DNA of 64,000 nt, from contig DASUCV010000015.1 in NCBI GenBank assembly GCA_036275915.1, forward strand, positions 12,394-76,393, written 5' to 3'. The notes under the pieces are model-generated. The model was not told the DNA's origin and ran no database searches. It worked only from the letters and a program-made list of their open reading frames with translations. The position numbers were made by a program, and so were the translations under genes. The DNA is from Candidatus Polarisedimenticolaceae bacterium (GTDB taxonomy: Bacteria; Acidobacteriota; Polarisedimenticolia; Polarisedimenticolales; DASRJG01). How positions within the stretch are numbered: position 1 is the first letter of the stretch; every line of letters starts with the position of its first letter. This document shows positions 52,959-63,521 of the stretch, one piece after another.

Positions 52959-54992
52959 CTAGGCGTCGAGCGACTTGCTGCGCGTCTTGCGGCCCGACGA
53001 AACCGTGGTCGGGGTTACGACCTTGTAAGGCTTCTTCTTGGTGGTCGCGACCGCCGGGGCGCCGAGCCAGCGCCAGACCCGGAGAACTTCGCCGACGCTC
53101 CAGGCCTGCGCCGGGCAGCCTCGCGGCGCATGCGGCGCGTCGCCGTCGAAGATCTCCGAGATCGTTCCGAGGCCGGCCTCGTGCAGATGGGGCGCGATCC
53201 CTTCGAGCGCCTTGCGCGCCCTTGCCTTCCCCGTGACGCCGAGCGTGCGCACGAGCGCCTCGGCGTAGGGGCCGAGGAGCCACGACCACACCGTGCCCTG
53301 GTGATAGGCGGCGTCGCGCTCGCCGGGCCCGCCCAGATAGCGACCGCGGTACGAGGGATCGTCCGCGGCGAGGCTCCGGAGTCCGTACGGCGTGAGGAGC
53401 TTCTCCTCGACGACGGCGAGGACCGCCTTCGCCTTGTCCTTCGGAAGGAGCGGGTGCGGGAGCGCCAGCGCGAAGATCTGGTTCGGACGGATCGACGCAT
53501 CGCGCCGCTCGCCGTCGACGACGTCGAAGAGGCAGCCGGCCTCGTCGTTCCAGAACGTCGCGACGAAGCGATCCTTCACCGCTTTCGCACGCTGGGCGAG
53601 GCTCGCGTCCTTCTTGAGCTCGCCCAGGATCGTCAGCGCGTTGTACCAGAGCGCCTGGATCTCGACCGGCTTCCCCCAACGCGGCGTGACCACCCACTCG
53701 CCCACCTTCGCGTCCATCCAGGTGAGCTGGGTCCCGGGATCGCCCGCGCGGAGCAGGCCGTCGTCGTCGACGCGGATGCCGAACTTCGTTCCGGCTTCGT
53801 GGCGCGCGACGATCTCCTCGAGGACCGGCAACAGCTCGCCGGTGACGAAGGCGGCGTCGTTCGTCGCCTCGAGATAGCGGTGCGCGGCGACGAAGAACCA
53901 GAGGCTCGCATCGGCGGTGTTGTACTCGGCCGGCCCGCCCGCGTCGGGGAACCGGTTCGGGACGAGACCGTCTTCCACCCCTGCCGCGAACGCGCGGAGG
54001 ATCTTCCTCGCGTCGTCGTGGCGGCCGGTCGCGAGGCAGAGACCGGGGAGCGCGATCATCGTGTCGCGGCCCCAGTCGGTGAACCACGGGTAGCCGGCGA
54101 TGATCGTGCGCAGGTCCTCGCCGCGACGCACGACGAACGCGTCGGCGGCGAGGGCGAGCGCCCGCGCGAGCGGATCGTCCGGACCCGCGAGCTCCGCCGC
54201 GACCTTCCGGCGGGCGCGCTGGCGCTCGAGCAGATCGAAGGCGTCACGGCCTGCGACCGATGCGGTCGAGATGACGATGCCCAGCCGCTCGCCGGGCCTC
54301 AGGGTGCGGCGGAAGACGCCGTAGCAGAAGAGGTCTTCGTGGGAGTCGAGGCCGCGCTCGGCTTCGAGCGGGTACTCGAACCGGAAGTACCAGTCCGGGT
54401 GCGCTTCGAAGGTCGCGCCCGGCACCGCCACGTGCAGCTCGGGCGCCCCGTCGTAGGGGCGCGCCGTGAAGAGACCCTCGTCGAAGGTCGTGTTCGCGAA
54501 CGCGACGGCGTCGTTCGCGCGCTGGAGCGCGTGGTAATCGCGGTAGGCGATGAGCGGGCGCAGCTCGAGGGTGACCGGGCCCGGAGCCTCGGCCAGCTCG
54601 TACGTGACGAGCGTCGTGTTCTCGCCGTGAACGGCAGCGATCGTCTTCACGCACCGGATACCGCCGGCGGCGTAGGTGAACGTGGGGAACGGGTCGAGGC
54701 GGAACGATTCCAGCGTCTCGAATCCGCGTGGGTGCACGGCACCCGGATAGAAATTCGCGTCGAGCTCGTGACGCGTGCCGTCGACGACGAGCGTATCGGC
54801 GAGCTTGGAGAGGAGGACCATGCGGCCGACCGGCGGCTTCGTCGCCGCGACGAGCAGGCCGTGATAGCGGCGTGTGTGGCAGCCGGCGACTGTTCCCGAG
54901 GCCCAGCCTCCGAGGCCGTTGGCTTCGATCCATTCCCTGGACGACGCGGCGTCGAGATCGTGCGTGACCGTGGCGTCGAGCGAGAGCGACAT
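52959..54992 (-). CDS. Glycogen debranching enzyme (amylo-alpha-1,6-glucosidase, archaeal/bacterial GDE type), 677 aa
   Basis: GDE_N / GDE_C pattern: REWIEANGLGGWASGTV.G..TRRYHGLL, then AGYPWFTDWGRDTMIALPGL, and QAWSVGEVLR at the end. ATG 54992 overlaps the upstream stop. Confidence 0.9.
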   Translation of the reverse strand: MSLSLDATVTHDLDAASSREWIEANGLGGWASGTVAGCHTRRYHGLLVAATKPPVGRMVLLSKLADTLVVDGTRHELDANFYPGAVHPRGFETLESFRLDPFPTFTYAAGGIRCVKTIAAVHGENTTLVTYELAEAPGPVTLELRPLIAYRDYHALQRANDAVAFANTTFDEGLFTARPYDGAPELHVAVPGATFEAHPDWYFRFEYPLEAERGLDSHEDLFCYGVFRRTLRPGERLGIVISTASVAGRDAFDLLERQRARRKVAAELAGPDDPLARALALAADAFVVRRGEDLRTIIAGYPWFTDWGRDTMIALPGLCLATGRHDDARKILRAFAAGVEDGLVPNRFPDAGGPAEYNTADASLWFFVAAHRYLEATNDAAFVTGELLPVLEEIVARHEAGTKFGIRVDDDGLLRAGDPGTQLTWMDAKVGEWVVTPRWGKPVEIQALWYNALTILGELKKDASLAQRAKAVKDRFVATFWNDEAGCLFDVVDGERRDASIRPNQIFALALPHPLLPKDKAKAVLAVVEEKLLTPYGLRSLAADDPSYRGRYLGGPGERDAAYHQGTVWSWLLGPYAEALVRTLGVTGKARARKALEGIAPHLHEAGLGTISEIFDGDAPHAPRGCPAQAWSVGEVLRVWRWLGAPAVATTKKKPYKVVTPTTVSSGRKTRSKSLDA

Positions 54993-57712
54993 CAGCTTCC
55001 TTTCGCACCGCCCTTCTTGGCGGTCGCGAAGGAATAGCCGACTCCGCGCGACTTCGCCAGGTCCTCGATGAACTTCGTCACGGTGGCGGTCCATCCCGTC
55101 TGATGGGATGCGCCGACGCCGCGCCCGGTTTCGCCGTGGAAGTACTCGTAGAAGAGAACGAGGTCCTTCCAGTGAGGATCCGTGGCATAGCGGTGGTCGC
55201 CGTCGTGCACGGGGCGCGAGCCGTCCGGCGCGGCGAGGAAGATGCGCGCGAGACGCGCCGCGAGCTCGGCGGCGACTTCCTCGAGCGTTTTCGTCGTGCC
55301 GGAGCCGGTGGGGAACTCGACCTTGAGGCCGTCGCCGTAGAAGTGGTGGTAGCGCTCGAGCGCTTCGACGATGAGGAAGTTGATCGGGAACCAGATCGGC
55401 CCGCGCCAGTTCGAGTTGCCGCCGAAGAGGCCGGTCGTCGACTCCGCCGGGTCGTAATCGACGCGGAACTCCTGGCCTTGCACCTGGATGACGTAGGGGT
55501 GGTCCTTGTGGACCCGCGAGACCGAGCGCAGGCCGTACGGCGAGAGGAACTCGTTCTCGTCGAGCAGGTAGCGGAGGACGCGGACGAGCCGCTCCTTCGT
55601 CGGCAGGGCGAGGAGCATCTTCACGTCGTGCCCCTCGAGCATGAAGCTGCACTGCCTCGCGAGGTCGGGCCGGTTGTCGAGGAACCACTGGAGGCGCTTC
55701 TTGAAGCCGGGGAGCTTGTCGATCACTCCGGAGTCCAAGACCTCGGCGGCGAACAGGGGGATCGCGCCGACGAGCGAGCGCACGCGGAGGGGAACGGTCG
55801 CCCCGTCGACGTGGAGCTGGTCGTAGTAGAACCCGTCCTCCTCGTCCCAAAGGCCGGTCCCGCCGAGGCGGTTCATCGCGTCGCTGATTGCGATGAAGTG
55901 CTCGAAGAACTTCGAGGCGACGTCCTCGGTGGCCGGGTTCTCGTGCGCCAGCTCGAGCGCCATCGACATCATCGTCGAGGCGTAGAACGCCATCCACGCC
56001 GTTCCGTCGGCCTGCTCGAGCTTCCCGCCCGTGGGGAGCGGCTTGCTGCGGTCGAAGACGCCGATGTTGTCGAGCCCGAGGAAGCCGCCCGCGAAGATGT
56101 GGTTCCCCTCTTCGTCCTTCCGGTTGACCCACCACGTGAAATTGATGATGAGCTTCTGGAACACCCGCGAGAGGAAGACACGGTCGCGCAGGCCCCGCTC
56201 CCCGGTCATCTTGTAGATGCGCCACGCCGCCCATGCGTGCACCGGCGGGTTGACGTCGCCGAACGCGAACTCGTACGCGGGGATCTGGCCGTTCGGGTGC
56301 ATGTACCACTCGCGCAGCAGCAGGACGAGCTGCTCCTTCGCGAACTGCGGATCGATGCGCGCGAACGGGATCATGTGGAACGCGAGGTCCCACGCCGCGT
56401 ACCACGGGTACTCCCACGTGTCGGGCATGGAGATCACGTCGCGGTTGTAGAGGTGCCTCCAGTCGGCGTTCCTCCCGTGGAGACGCTCGGGCGGGGGCGG
56501 CGGCTGGCCGGGGTCGCCGTCGAGCCACGCGGCGACGACGTAGTGGTAGAACTGCTTCGACCAGAGCAGGCCGGCGTACGCCTGACGGAGCACGCGGCGC
56601 TCGTCGGGCGTCGCACCCTTCGGGAGGAGCCAGTCGTACGCCTCGTCGGCCTCGCGGATCCTCGTCGCGAACACGTCGTCGAAGCCGGAGCCGAGCGCGC
56701 CGTCCCGATGCTCGCCTTCCGCGGTGAGGCGGAGCTTCAGCACCGACGTGCCGCCCGCCGGCAGATCGAGCACGTAGACGGGCGCGGCCTTCGTTCCCGT
56801 GCGGGCCGGATTCACCGCGCCCTTCTTCCCTTCGACGACGTAGGCGTGGAAGGCGTCCTTCACCCACGGTGAGCGCGGCGGAACGCCGAAGAGGCGCTCC
56901 GTGTTCGTCTCGTTCTCGGTGAAGAGGACCTCGGGCGCGGCGTCGAACGCAAGCAGGAACTTGCCGAGGGACGGATGGCTCGCGCGGAGGAGCCCCGGCG
57001 ACGCGAGGTCGAGCGTGGGCTTCGCCTCGCCGTCCCAGCTCCACGTGTTCCGCGCCCACAGCGTCGGGAGGAGATGGAGCCGCGCCGCCTCGGGGCCGCG
57101 GTTCGCCACCGTGATCCGGATGAGCACGTCGTCGGGGCTCGCCTTCGCGTACTCGACGAAGACGTCGAAGTAGCGGCCATCGTCGAAGATCCCGGTATCG
57201 ATGAGCTCGTACTCGCGGTCGTGCCGGCTGCGCTCCCGGTTCGTCCTGACGAGATCGTCGTAGGGAAACGCGCGCTGCGGGTACTTGTAGAGCGCCTTCA
57301 TGTAGGCGTGCGTCGGCAGGCCCTCGAGGAAGAAATAGCACTCCTTCACGTCCTCGCCGTGGTTCCCTTCGGGCCCGGTGAGCCCGAACAGGCGCTCCTT
57401 GAGGATCGGGTCCCGGCCGTTCCAGAGCGCGATCGCGAACGAAAGGCGGCACTCGCGGTCGGTCAGGCCGAGGAGCCCGTCCTCGCCCCAGCGGTAGGCG
57501 CGCGAGCGGGCGTGATCGTGCGGGAAGTAGCTCCAGCACTCGCCGGTCGCGGAGTAGTCCTCGCGGACCGTGCCCCACTGGCGCGCGGAGAGGTAAGGGC
57601 CCCAGCGCTTCCAGTTCTTCTCGCGCTTGGCGTCCTCGAGGAGACGCGCGTGCTCGGCGATCGTGCTCTCGAGGACTTGGAGACGTGACGCGAGAGGGTC
57701 GAGATCGGCCAT
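54992..57712 (-). CDS. GH63-family glucosidase (MGH1/YgjK-like), 906 aa
   Basis: [22 protein letters not shown]-terminus and the (alpha/alpha)6 catalytic region with [11 protein letters not shown], typical of bacterial GH63 / mannosylglycerate-hydrolase-like enzymes. Confidence 0.88.
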   Translation of the reverse strand: MADLDPLASRLQVLESTIAEHARLLEDAKREKNWKRWGPYLSARQWGTVREDYSATGECWSYFPHDHARSRAYRWGEDGLLGLTDRECRLSFAIALWNGRDPILKERLFGLTGPEGNHGEDVKECYFFLEGLPTHAYMKALYKYPQRAFPYDDLVRTNRERSRHDREYELIDTGIFDDGRYFDVFVEYAKASPDDVLIRITVANRGPEAARLHLLPTLWARNTWSWDGEAKPTLDLASPGLLRASHPSLGKFLLAFDAAPEVLFTENETNTERLFGVPPRSPWVKDAFHAYVVEGKKGAVNPARTGTKAAPVYVLDLPAGGTSVLKLRLTAEGEHRDGALGSGFDDVFATRIREADEAYDWLLPKGATPDERRVLRQAYAGLLWSKQFYHYVVAAWLDGDPGQPPPPPERLHGRNADWRHLYNRDVISMPDTWEYPWYAAWDLAFHMIPFARIDPQFAKEQLVLLLREWYMHPNGQIPAYEFAFGDVNPPVHAWAAWRIYKMTGERGLRDRVFLSRVFQKLIINFTWWVNRKDEEGNHIFAGGFLGLDNIGVFDRSKPLPTGGKLEQADGTAWMAFYASTMMSMALELAHENPATEDVASKFFEHFIAISDAMNRLGGTGLWDEEDGFYYDQLHVDGATVPLRVRSLVGAIPLFAAEVLDSGVIDKLPGFKKRLQWFLDNRPDLARQCSFMLEGHDVKMLLALPTKERLVRVLRYLLDENEFLSPYGLRSVSRVHKDHPYVIQVQGQEFRVDYDPAESTTGLFGGNSNWRGPIWFPINFLIVEALERYHHFYGDGLKVEFPTGSGTTKTLEEVAAELAARLARIFLAAPDGSRPVHDGDHRYATDPHWKDLVLFYEYFHGETGRGVGASHQTGWTATVTKFIEDLAKSRGVGYSFATAKKGGAKGS

Positions 57713-57715
57713 CGT

Positions 57716-59230
57716 CTACGGGTTGCGCCACGCCCGGCGGTCGCGCTTCATCAGGTCGTCGGCGGTCGCCGGGCCCCATGAGCCCGCGGCGTAGTTCGGG
57801 AAGTCGCGCGGCGGGATCGATTTCCAGACGTCGAGGATCGGCGTCGCGATCCGCCACGCCGCCTCGACCATGTCGGCGCGGTGATAGAGCGTCGTGTCAC
57901 CGATCATCGCGTCGTAGAGGAGCCGCTCGTAACCGGTCGCCTTGTCCGACGGACCGAAATCGGAGTAACTGAAATCGAGGTTGACCCGAGTGAGGTTCAT
58001 CGCCGAGCCCGGCTTCTTCGCCTTGATCTCGATCTTGATCCCCTCTTCCGGCTGGATCTGCAGAATGAGGCGATTCGGCTCGAGGTCCTGGATCTGGATC
58101 TTCCCGAAGGCGAGGAGCGGCGGCCGCCGGAACTCGATGACGATCTCGGTCGACTGCTTCGCCAGGCGCTTCCCGGAGCGGAGGTAGAACGGCACACCGG
58201 CCCAGCGCCAGTTTTCAACGTCGAGCTTGATCGCACCGAACGTCTCGGTGGTCGATTTCGGATCGACCGACGGCTCCGCCCGGTAGGCCGGCAGCTTGTG
58301 GCCGTCGACGTAACCCTCGCCGTACTGGCCGCGCACCGTGCGCTGGAGGATATCCTCCGGCGTCATCGGCCGGATCGCGTTCAGGACCTTGACCTTCTCG
58401 TCGCGCACCGGCGTCCCGTCGAACGACCACGGCGGCTCCATCGCGACGAGTGCCAAGAGCTGGAACATGTGGTTCTGCATCATGTCGCGGAGGACGCCCG
58501 CGGTCTCGTAGTAGCCGCCGCGCCCTTCGACCCCGAGCGTCTCGGCCACCGTGATCTGGACGTGGTCGATGTAGCGCCGGTTCCACACCGGCTCGAAGAT
58601 CCCGTTCGCGAATCGGAACGCCAGGATGTTCTGGACCGTCTCCTTGCCGAGGTAGTGATCGATCCGGAAGATCTGGCTCTCGGAGAGAACGGCGCGGAGA
58701 TCCCGGTTGAGCTGCTGGGCGGACTCGAGATCGTGACCGAACGGCTTCTCGATGACGAAGCGTCGCCACCCGGCCTTGTCGTCGGCGAGCCCCGCTTCGG
58801 CACACTTGGTGACGATCGTCGAGAAGAACTGCGGCGGCGTCGCAAGATAGAAGAGGACGTTGCCGCCGGTGCGATGGCGTCCGTCGATCTCGGTGAGCGC
58901 GTCCTTGAGCCACTGATAGCCCTGCGCGTCGTTGAACTCGAAGCCGACGTAGTAGATGCGGTCTTCGAAGTCCTTCCAGACGGCCTGGTCGACGGCGGTC
59001 GTCGCGTACTCGGTGATGTCCTTCGTCATCTCCGCGACGAAGTCGCCGCGCTCGAGCTTCTTCCTGCCGACGCCGACGATCGCGAAATCGGAAGGCAGGA
59101 TGCCGTTGTGGCGGAGGTTGTACAGCGCCGGAAGGAGCTTGCGCCGCGTCAGATCGCCGCTCGATCCGAAGATGACGATGATGCAGGGGTCGCCGGGGCG
59201 CTCCCCGTTCTTCTGCTTCTCTTCGCTCAC
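57716..59230 (-). CDS. zwf: Glucose-6-phosphate 1-dehydrogenase
   Basis: NADP-binding motif FGSSGDLTRRKLLPALY and active-site motif RIDHYLGKE. 504 aa. Confidence 0.95.
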   Translation of the reverse strand: MSEEKQKNGERPGDPCIIVIFGSSGDLTRRKLLPALYNLRHNGILPSDFAIVGVGRKKLERGDFVAEMTKDITEYATTAVDQAVWKDFEDRIYYVGFEFNDAQGYQWLKDALTEIDGRHRTGGNVLFYLATPPQFFSTIVTKCAEAGLADDKAGWRRFVIEKPFGHDLESAQQLNRDLRAVLSESQIFRIDHYLGKETVQNILAFRFANGIFEPVWNRRYIDHVQITVAETLGVEGRGGYYETAGVLRDMMQNHMFQLLALVAMEPPWSFDGTPVRDEKVKVLNAIRPMTPEDILQRTVRGQYGEGYVDGHKLPAYRAEPSVDPKSTTETFGAIKLDVENWRWAGVPFYLRSGKRLAKQSTEIVIEFRRPPLLAFGKIQIQDLEPNRLILQIQPEEGIKIEIKAKKPGSAMNLTRVNLDFSYSDFGPSDKATGYERLLYDAMIGDTTLYHRADMVEAAWRIATPILDVWKSIPPRDFPNYAAGSWGPATADDLMKRDRRAWRNP

Positions 59231-59263
59231 AGGATCCTCGTGGTGGGGAGTCTACAAGAGCGG

Positions 59264-59343
59264 GAAACAATAAGGGGACAGCTACCGAATTCTCACCCAA
59301 AGTTGGAGGGGTGAGAATTCGGTAGCTGTCCCCTTATTGTTTC
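59264..59343. repeat. Perfect 35-bp-stem hairpin (GGGGACA-family palindromic element)
   Basis: GAAACAATAAGGGGACAGCTACCGAATTCTCACCC (59264-59298), a 10-nt loop, then the exact reverse complement (59309-59343). It abuts the stop of the TPR gene, upstream of zwf. Confidence 0.85.
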
Positions 59344-60399
59344 CTAGGAGCCGCTGCGCTCGCGCCCCTCGACCTCGGAATAGTGGACCGACCACCGCTC
59401 GGACCAGTTGCGGAACCGCTCGACCTTGTCGGTGTTCTGGTTGAGCCAGCGCGCGACGTCGGGGTCGCCGCTCGAGCGCCGTACCTCGTAGGCGAGGGTC
59501 TCCATGAGGCCCGCCGCGCGCACCTCGTCGAAGTAGTCGAGGATGAACGGTCCCCAGAACTCGCTCTGCGTCTTCTTGCCGTGGAGCGCCGACACGAGCT
59601 GGAGCGAGGTGTCGAGCGCGTAGGCGAAGAACCGCGCGTCGCTCTGCGCGGCCCACTTGTCGTCGCGCCTCAGCGCCGCGACGAGCGCCAAGCCCTTCGC
59701 CTCGGCCTTCTCGCCCGCGTCCCCTGTCTGGCCGGCCGCACCGCGGAAGAGAACCGACCAGAGGCTGGCCGCGATGTCCTTCGCGTGGGCGTCGTCGCTC
59801 CCGAGCGTCAGCGCGCGCACGTACGCCGCGAACGCACGCCCCGGAGCGCCGGTCACCGAGAGCGCGTCGCCGAGCGCGCGCCAGAGCGCGGGGTCGTAGG
59901 GCGAGTGCTGCAAGCACGCCTCGAGCTCGGCGACCGCCTCGTCCATCCGCCCCAGTCCTTCGAGGGTGATCGCGTGCTGCACCTTGAGCGCCTGATCGTC
60001 GGGCCATCGCGTCATTCCCTGGGAGAGCGTTTTCTCCGACTCCTCCCAGGCGTTGAGCCGTCCGTACGCGCTGCCGACGATGAGGTAGATCTGCGCCGAT
60101 CCCGATGCGGCGTCGTTCGCCTCCGCGAGGAGCGTGGCGCCGACGTGCGCGGCCTCGCGGTAATTGCCCACCGCGTAGAGCGAGATCGCGAGCCCGTAGA
60201 GCACCTGCTTGTTGTCGGGCTCGATCTCGCGGATCTGCTCCAGGAGCTCGATCGCCGCCTGGTGGTCCCCCGCCTCTTGAAGATGCGATGCGGCGAGGAG
60301 TCGTGCGGATGGGCCGTCATCCGCGAAGAGCGGCGAGCTCAGCAGCAGTGCCGCCAAGGCGATCGCAGGGCCGGGCCGCGTGAGTTTCATCATTGACAT
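59344..60399 (-). CDS. Secreted TPR-repeat protein
   Basis: Signal peptide followed by several TPR-like helical pairs (GDHQAAIELLEQIREIEPDN, GRMDEAVAELEACLQHSPYD). Confidence 0.8.
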   Translation of the reverse strand: MSMMKLTRPGPAIALAALLLSSPLFADDGPSARLLAASHLQEAGDHQAAIELLEQIREIEPDNKQVLYGLAISLYAVGNYREAAHVGATLLAEANDAASGSAQIYLIVGSAYGRLNAWEESEKTLSQGMTRWPDDQALKVQHAITLEGLGRMDEAVAELEACLQHSPYDPALWRALGDALSVTGAPGRAFAAYVRALTLGSDDAHAKDIAASLWSVLFRGAAGQTGDAGEKAEAKGLALVAALRRDDKWAAQSDARFFAYALDTSLQLVSALHGKKTQSEFWGPFILDYFDEVRAAGLMETLAYEVRRSSGDPDVARWLNQNTDKVERFRNWSERWSVHYSEVEGRERSGS

Positions 60400-60547
60400 C
60401 GACTACCTCCGTACACCCAAGAAATCTGGAGTGCAAACGGCCGAAATACCAGTCCACCTATAATTCGCCGAGAGGTGTCGACGATCCGATGAAACGGCGC
60501 GCTTTCTTACGTGCGGTGAATATGCCGTCGTCAATTCTCTCCGCCGG

Positions 60548-61882
60548 ATGGACCTCCGGGCGATGATCGGCGCCGCTCTCCTCCTTTTCGCTGCCGCGTC
60601 GTCCGCGGAGCAGATTCGCGGTCTCATCGACCAGGACCGGTGGAAGGAAGCGGTCGACGCGGCGACGACCCTCGCGCGGGAGGCGCCGGGGCCCGACGCC
60701 GCGGGCGTCCTCGGCGAGGCGCTCTATCGGGCCGGAAGGATCGACGAGGCGGGCGAAGCGCTCGCGCCGGTCGCGTCCGGCGAGAACGCGCCGGCCCGCG
60801 TTTTGGCACAGCTCGGTCTCATTCGCGCCGCTCAGGGGAAGGACGAGGAGGCGGCGGCCCTTCTCGGACGCGCGGCGGCGACTGCCCCCGACGACCCGTG
60901 GGTCCTCTGGCGAGCGGCCGGAGGCGCCGCGACGCGGGCGAAGGCGACCGAGCTCCTGAATGCCTACATCGCCCACGGCACTGCTGAGAATCCGGACCGC
61001 CTCGAGGGGGCGCGCGGCACCCTGCGTCTCTACGCCGCGCTCGGCGAGCGGAAGATCTGGGTCCCGGTGACGCGTCCCGAGCGCCTCGAGATCCCGCTCA
61101 AGCCGATCCCGGACGGCAGCGGCTACTTCATCGAGGCCAATGCCGGGGGTAAGAAGATCCGCCTCCTCCTCGACACCGGCAGCACCGGCCTCTTCGTCGT
61201 CGAGCGCGCCGTCAAGAAGGGCGGCCTCGTCCCGCTCTCCGAGGAGACGGTCTTCGCGGGCGGCGGCAGCGGGCGCGCCTCCTCCTCGCGAGGTCTTCTC
61301 GCCAAGCTCGACTTCGGCGGCCTCGTCTACGCCGACGCGCTCGTCACCACGACGAAGGACGAGTTCGACAAGACCGGCCGCGTGCACGGCGTCGTGGGCC
61401 TCTCCGCCTTCTCCGGCTACCGCGTGACGCTCGACCTCCCCAAGGGGCGCATGATCCTCGAGCCTTCGGGCGACCTCCCCCAGGGAACGCCGTACTGGAA
61501 CGTGGAAGGGCAGCTCCTCGTGCGCGCGCGGGGTGGCGAGAGCGCGGACGGGCTCTTCCTCTTCGACACGGGCGCCACGCAGTCGATGATCGACACCAAG
61601 CTCGCCGCGACGATCCCGGGGGCCGCCGTCGACAAGCCGGCGGAGATCCGCACGTACGGCGGTAACGTGCAGGGTGCCACGATGGTCCGGGGCGCGTCGC
61701 TCGCGTTCCAGACGCTCCACCGGTCGGGGGTGTTCAACGCCGCCGACCTCACGATGCGCAGCCGCCTCGGCGGCGTCGAGGTCTCGGGCTATCTCGGCCT
61801 GGACCTTCTGAGCGGGTGCACGATCGTGCTCGACACCGGGTCGCACCGGGTCGTCGTGACGCCGCCCCCGGGAAGGCGCTGA
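60548..61882 (+). CDS. Secreted TPR + retropepsin-like aspartic protease with two DTG motifs in one chain
   Basis: Signal peptide and an N-terminal TPR-like region. LLLDTGSTG (Asp codon 61172-61174) and FLFDTGATQ (Asp codon 61565-61567). Confidence 0.8.
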   Translation: MDLRAMIGAALLLFAAASSAEQIRGLIDQDRWKEAVDAATTLAREAPGPDAAGVLGEALYRAGRIDEAGEALAPVASGENAPARVLAQLGLIRAAQGKDEEAAALLGRAAATAPDDPWVLWRAAGGAATRAKATELLNAYIAHGTAENPDRLEGARGTLRLYAALGERKIWVPVTRPERLEIPLKPIPDGSGYFIEANAGGKKIRLLLDTGSTGLFVVERAVKKGGLVPLSEETVFAGGGSGRASSSRGLLAKLDFGGLVYADALVTTTKDEFDKTGRVHGVVGLSAFSGYRVTLDLPKGRMILEPSGDLPQGTPYWNVEGQLLVRARGGESADGLFLFDTGATQSMIDTKLAATIPGAAVDKPAEIRTYGGNVQGATMVRGASLAFQTLHRSGVFNAADLTMRSRLGGVEVSGYLGLDLLSGCTIVLDTGSHRVVVTPPPGRR

Positions 61883-61884
61883 CC

Positions 61885-63360
61885 GTGCACCTGCCGCTCG
61901 ACGACGACGTCCTCCGCGTCGTCCGGGCGATCCGCGCGACCGCGGCCGCGCGCGACGACGCTCCGCCGCGCGCGCTCCTCGTGGGGGGCGTCGTGCGCGA
62001 CGCGCTCCTCGGGCGGCCGGTCTTCGATGCGGACCTCGAGGTCTTCGGCGTTCCCGCGGCGGCGCTCGAGCGCTTGCTCGCCGCCGAGTTCCCCGGCCGC
62101 GTCAACACCGTCGGCCGCTCGTTCGGCATCTTCAAGGTGCACCGGCCGGGAGCGGCCGACATCGACGTCTCGCTGCCGCGCACGGAATCGAAGAGCGGGC
62201 CCGGCCACCGGGGGTTCGACGTGCGGGGGGATCCGTTCCTCCCGTTCGCGGAGGCGGCGCGCCGCCGTGACTTCACCGTCAACGCGCTCGCCTACGACCC
62301 GCTCACCGGCGAGCTGCTCGACGCGCACGGCGGCCGCGGCGACCTCGACGCCCGCATGCTCCGGGCGGTCGACGCGCGCACCTTCCCCGAAGATCCTTTG
62401 CGCGTCTGGCGCGCGTTCCAGCTCGCGGCACGGCTCGGCTTCACGGTCGAGGCCGGGACGTTCGCCCTGCTCGAGGACGTCGTCCGGAGCGGCGCGCTCG
62501 CCGAGCTGTCGCCGGAGCGCGTCACCGACGAGATCCGGAAGCTGCTCTTCGCCGAGCGGCCGTCGGCCGGCTGGGAGCCGGCCCGCGCGACCGGTGCGCT
62601 CGCCGCCACGTTCCCGGAGCTCGACCTCCTCGCCGCGACGCCGCAAGATCCCGAGTGGCATCCCGAAGGGAACGTCTGGACCCACACGCTCCTCGTCGTC
62701 GACGCGGCCGCGGCGATCGTGCGGCAGAACGCCTGGGAACTCGAGGCACCGGAGCCGCTCCACGTCCTCCTGGGCGCGCTCCTCCACGACGTCGGCAAGG
62801 CGACGACGACCGGCCGCGCGGAGAAGGACGGCCGCTGGCGCATCGTCTCGCCGCGCCACGAGGCGGAGGGCGAGGCCCCCGCGCGAGCGGTCCTCTCGAG
62901 GCTCGCGTTCGGCGAGGCGGCCGAGCGCGCGGTGGCCGCGATCGTCCGCTGGCACCTCTCGCCGGGCGCGCTCTACTACGGGCGGGAGCGCGGCGAGATG
63001 GACGAGCGCGCTTACACGAACGCCGTGCGGAAAGTGCTCAAGCGCATCCACCCGGTGCGGTGGCAGGTCCTGCTCGCCGCGTGCGAAGCCGACTGGCGGG
63101 GACGCGGCCTCCCGGGGATCGCCTCGCTCCCGTTCGACCCCGGGACGACGTTCGCGGACGCGGTCACGAGCGAGAATCTCGACGTCGAGCCGGCGAAGCC
63201 GCTCGTCCTGGGCCGGGACGTGCTGGCGCTCGGCGTCGCGCCGGGGCCGGAAGTCGGGCGCCTGATCGCGCTCGTCGAGGAGGCCAGGGACCGCGGGGAG
63301 ATCCGCGAGCGGGACGAGGCTCTCCGCCTGCTCGAACGGCTCGTTTCACCGGGAGAATGA
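61885..63360 (+). CDS. cca: CCA-adding tRNA nucleotidyltransferase with HD domain
   Basis: GTG at 61885. LVGGVVRDALLGRP..DADLEV, RRDFTVNALAY, and an HD-domain region LGALLHDVGK. Confidence 0.88.
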   Translation: MHLPLDDDVLRVVRAIRATAAARDDAPPRALLVGGVVRDALLGRPVFDADLEVFGVPAAALERLLAAEFPGRVNTVGRSFGIFKVHRPGAADIDVSLPRTESKSGPGHRGFDVRGDPFLPFAEAARRRDFTVNALAYDPLTGELLDAHGGRGDLDARMLRAVDARTFPEDPLRVWRAFQLAARLGFTVEAGTFALLEDVVRSGALAELSPERVTDEIRKLLFAERPSAGWEPARATGALAATFPELDLLAATPQDPEWHPEGNVWTHTLLVVDAAAAIVRQNAWELEAPEPLHVLLGALLHDVGKATTTGRAEKDGRWRIVSPRHEAEGEAPARAVLSRLAFGEAAERAVAAIVRWHLSPGALYYGRERGEMDERAYTNAVRKVLKRIHPVRWQVLLAACEADWRGRGLPGIASLPFDPGTTFADAVTSENLDVEPAKPLVLGRDVLALGVAPGPEVGRLIALVEEARDRGEIRERDEALRLLERLVSPGE

Positions 63361-63361
63361 T

Positions 63362-63393
63362 GGGCCGCCAACACCATGGTGAGTTGGCGGCCC
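63362..63393 (+). terminator. Hairpin downstream of cca (11-bp stem)
   Basis: GGGCCGCCAAC (63362-63372) / GTTGGCGGCCC (63383-63393). There is no T-tract. Confidence 0.5.
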
Positions 63394-63521
63394 GGGCGGG
63401 GAAAACTCCGTTCTCGACTCGATCCCAAACAGTTCCCGGCCGGCCGGGACTTCAGTACCAAGAGGAATACCGGCGGGGCCCCGATCGGTCCATACCCCAA
63501 ATGGGCTAAGAGTGATTTTAT

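Noticed and set aside
54993-57857. In-frame upstream continuation of the debranching-enzyme ORF (track ORF 52959..57857)
   Set aside because: It overlaps the well-supported GH63 gene in another frame. The GDE family N-terminus (MSLSLD...REWIEANGLGGW) starts at 54992.
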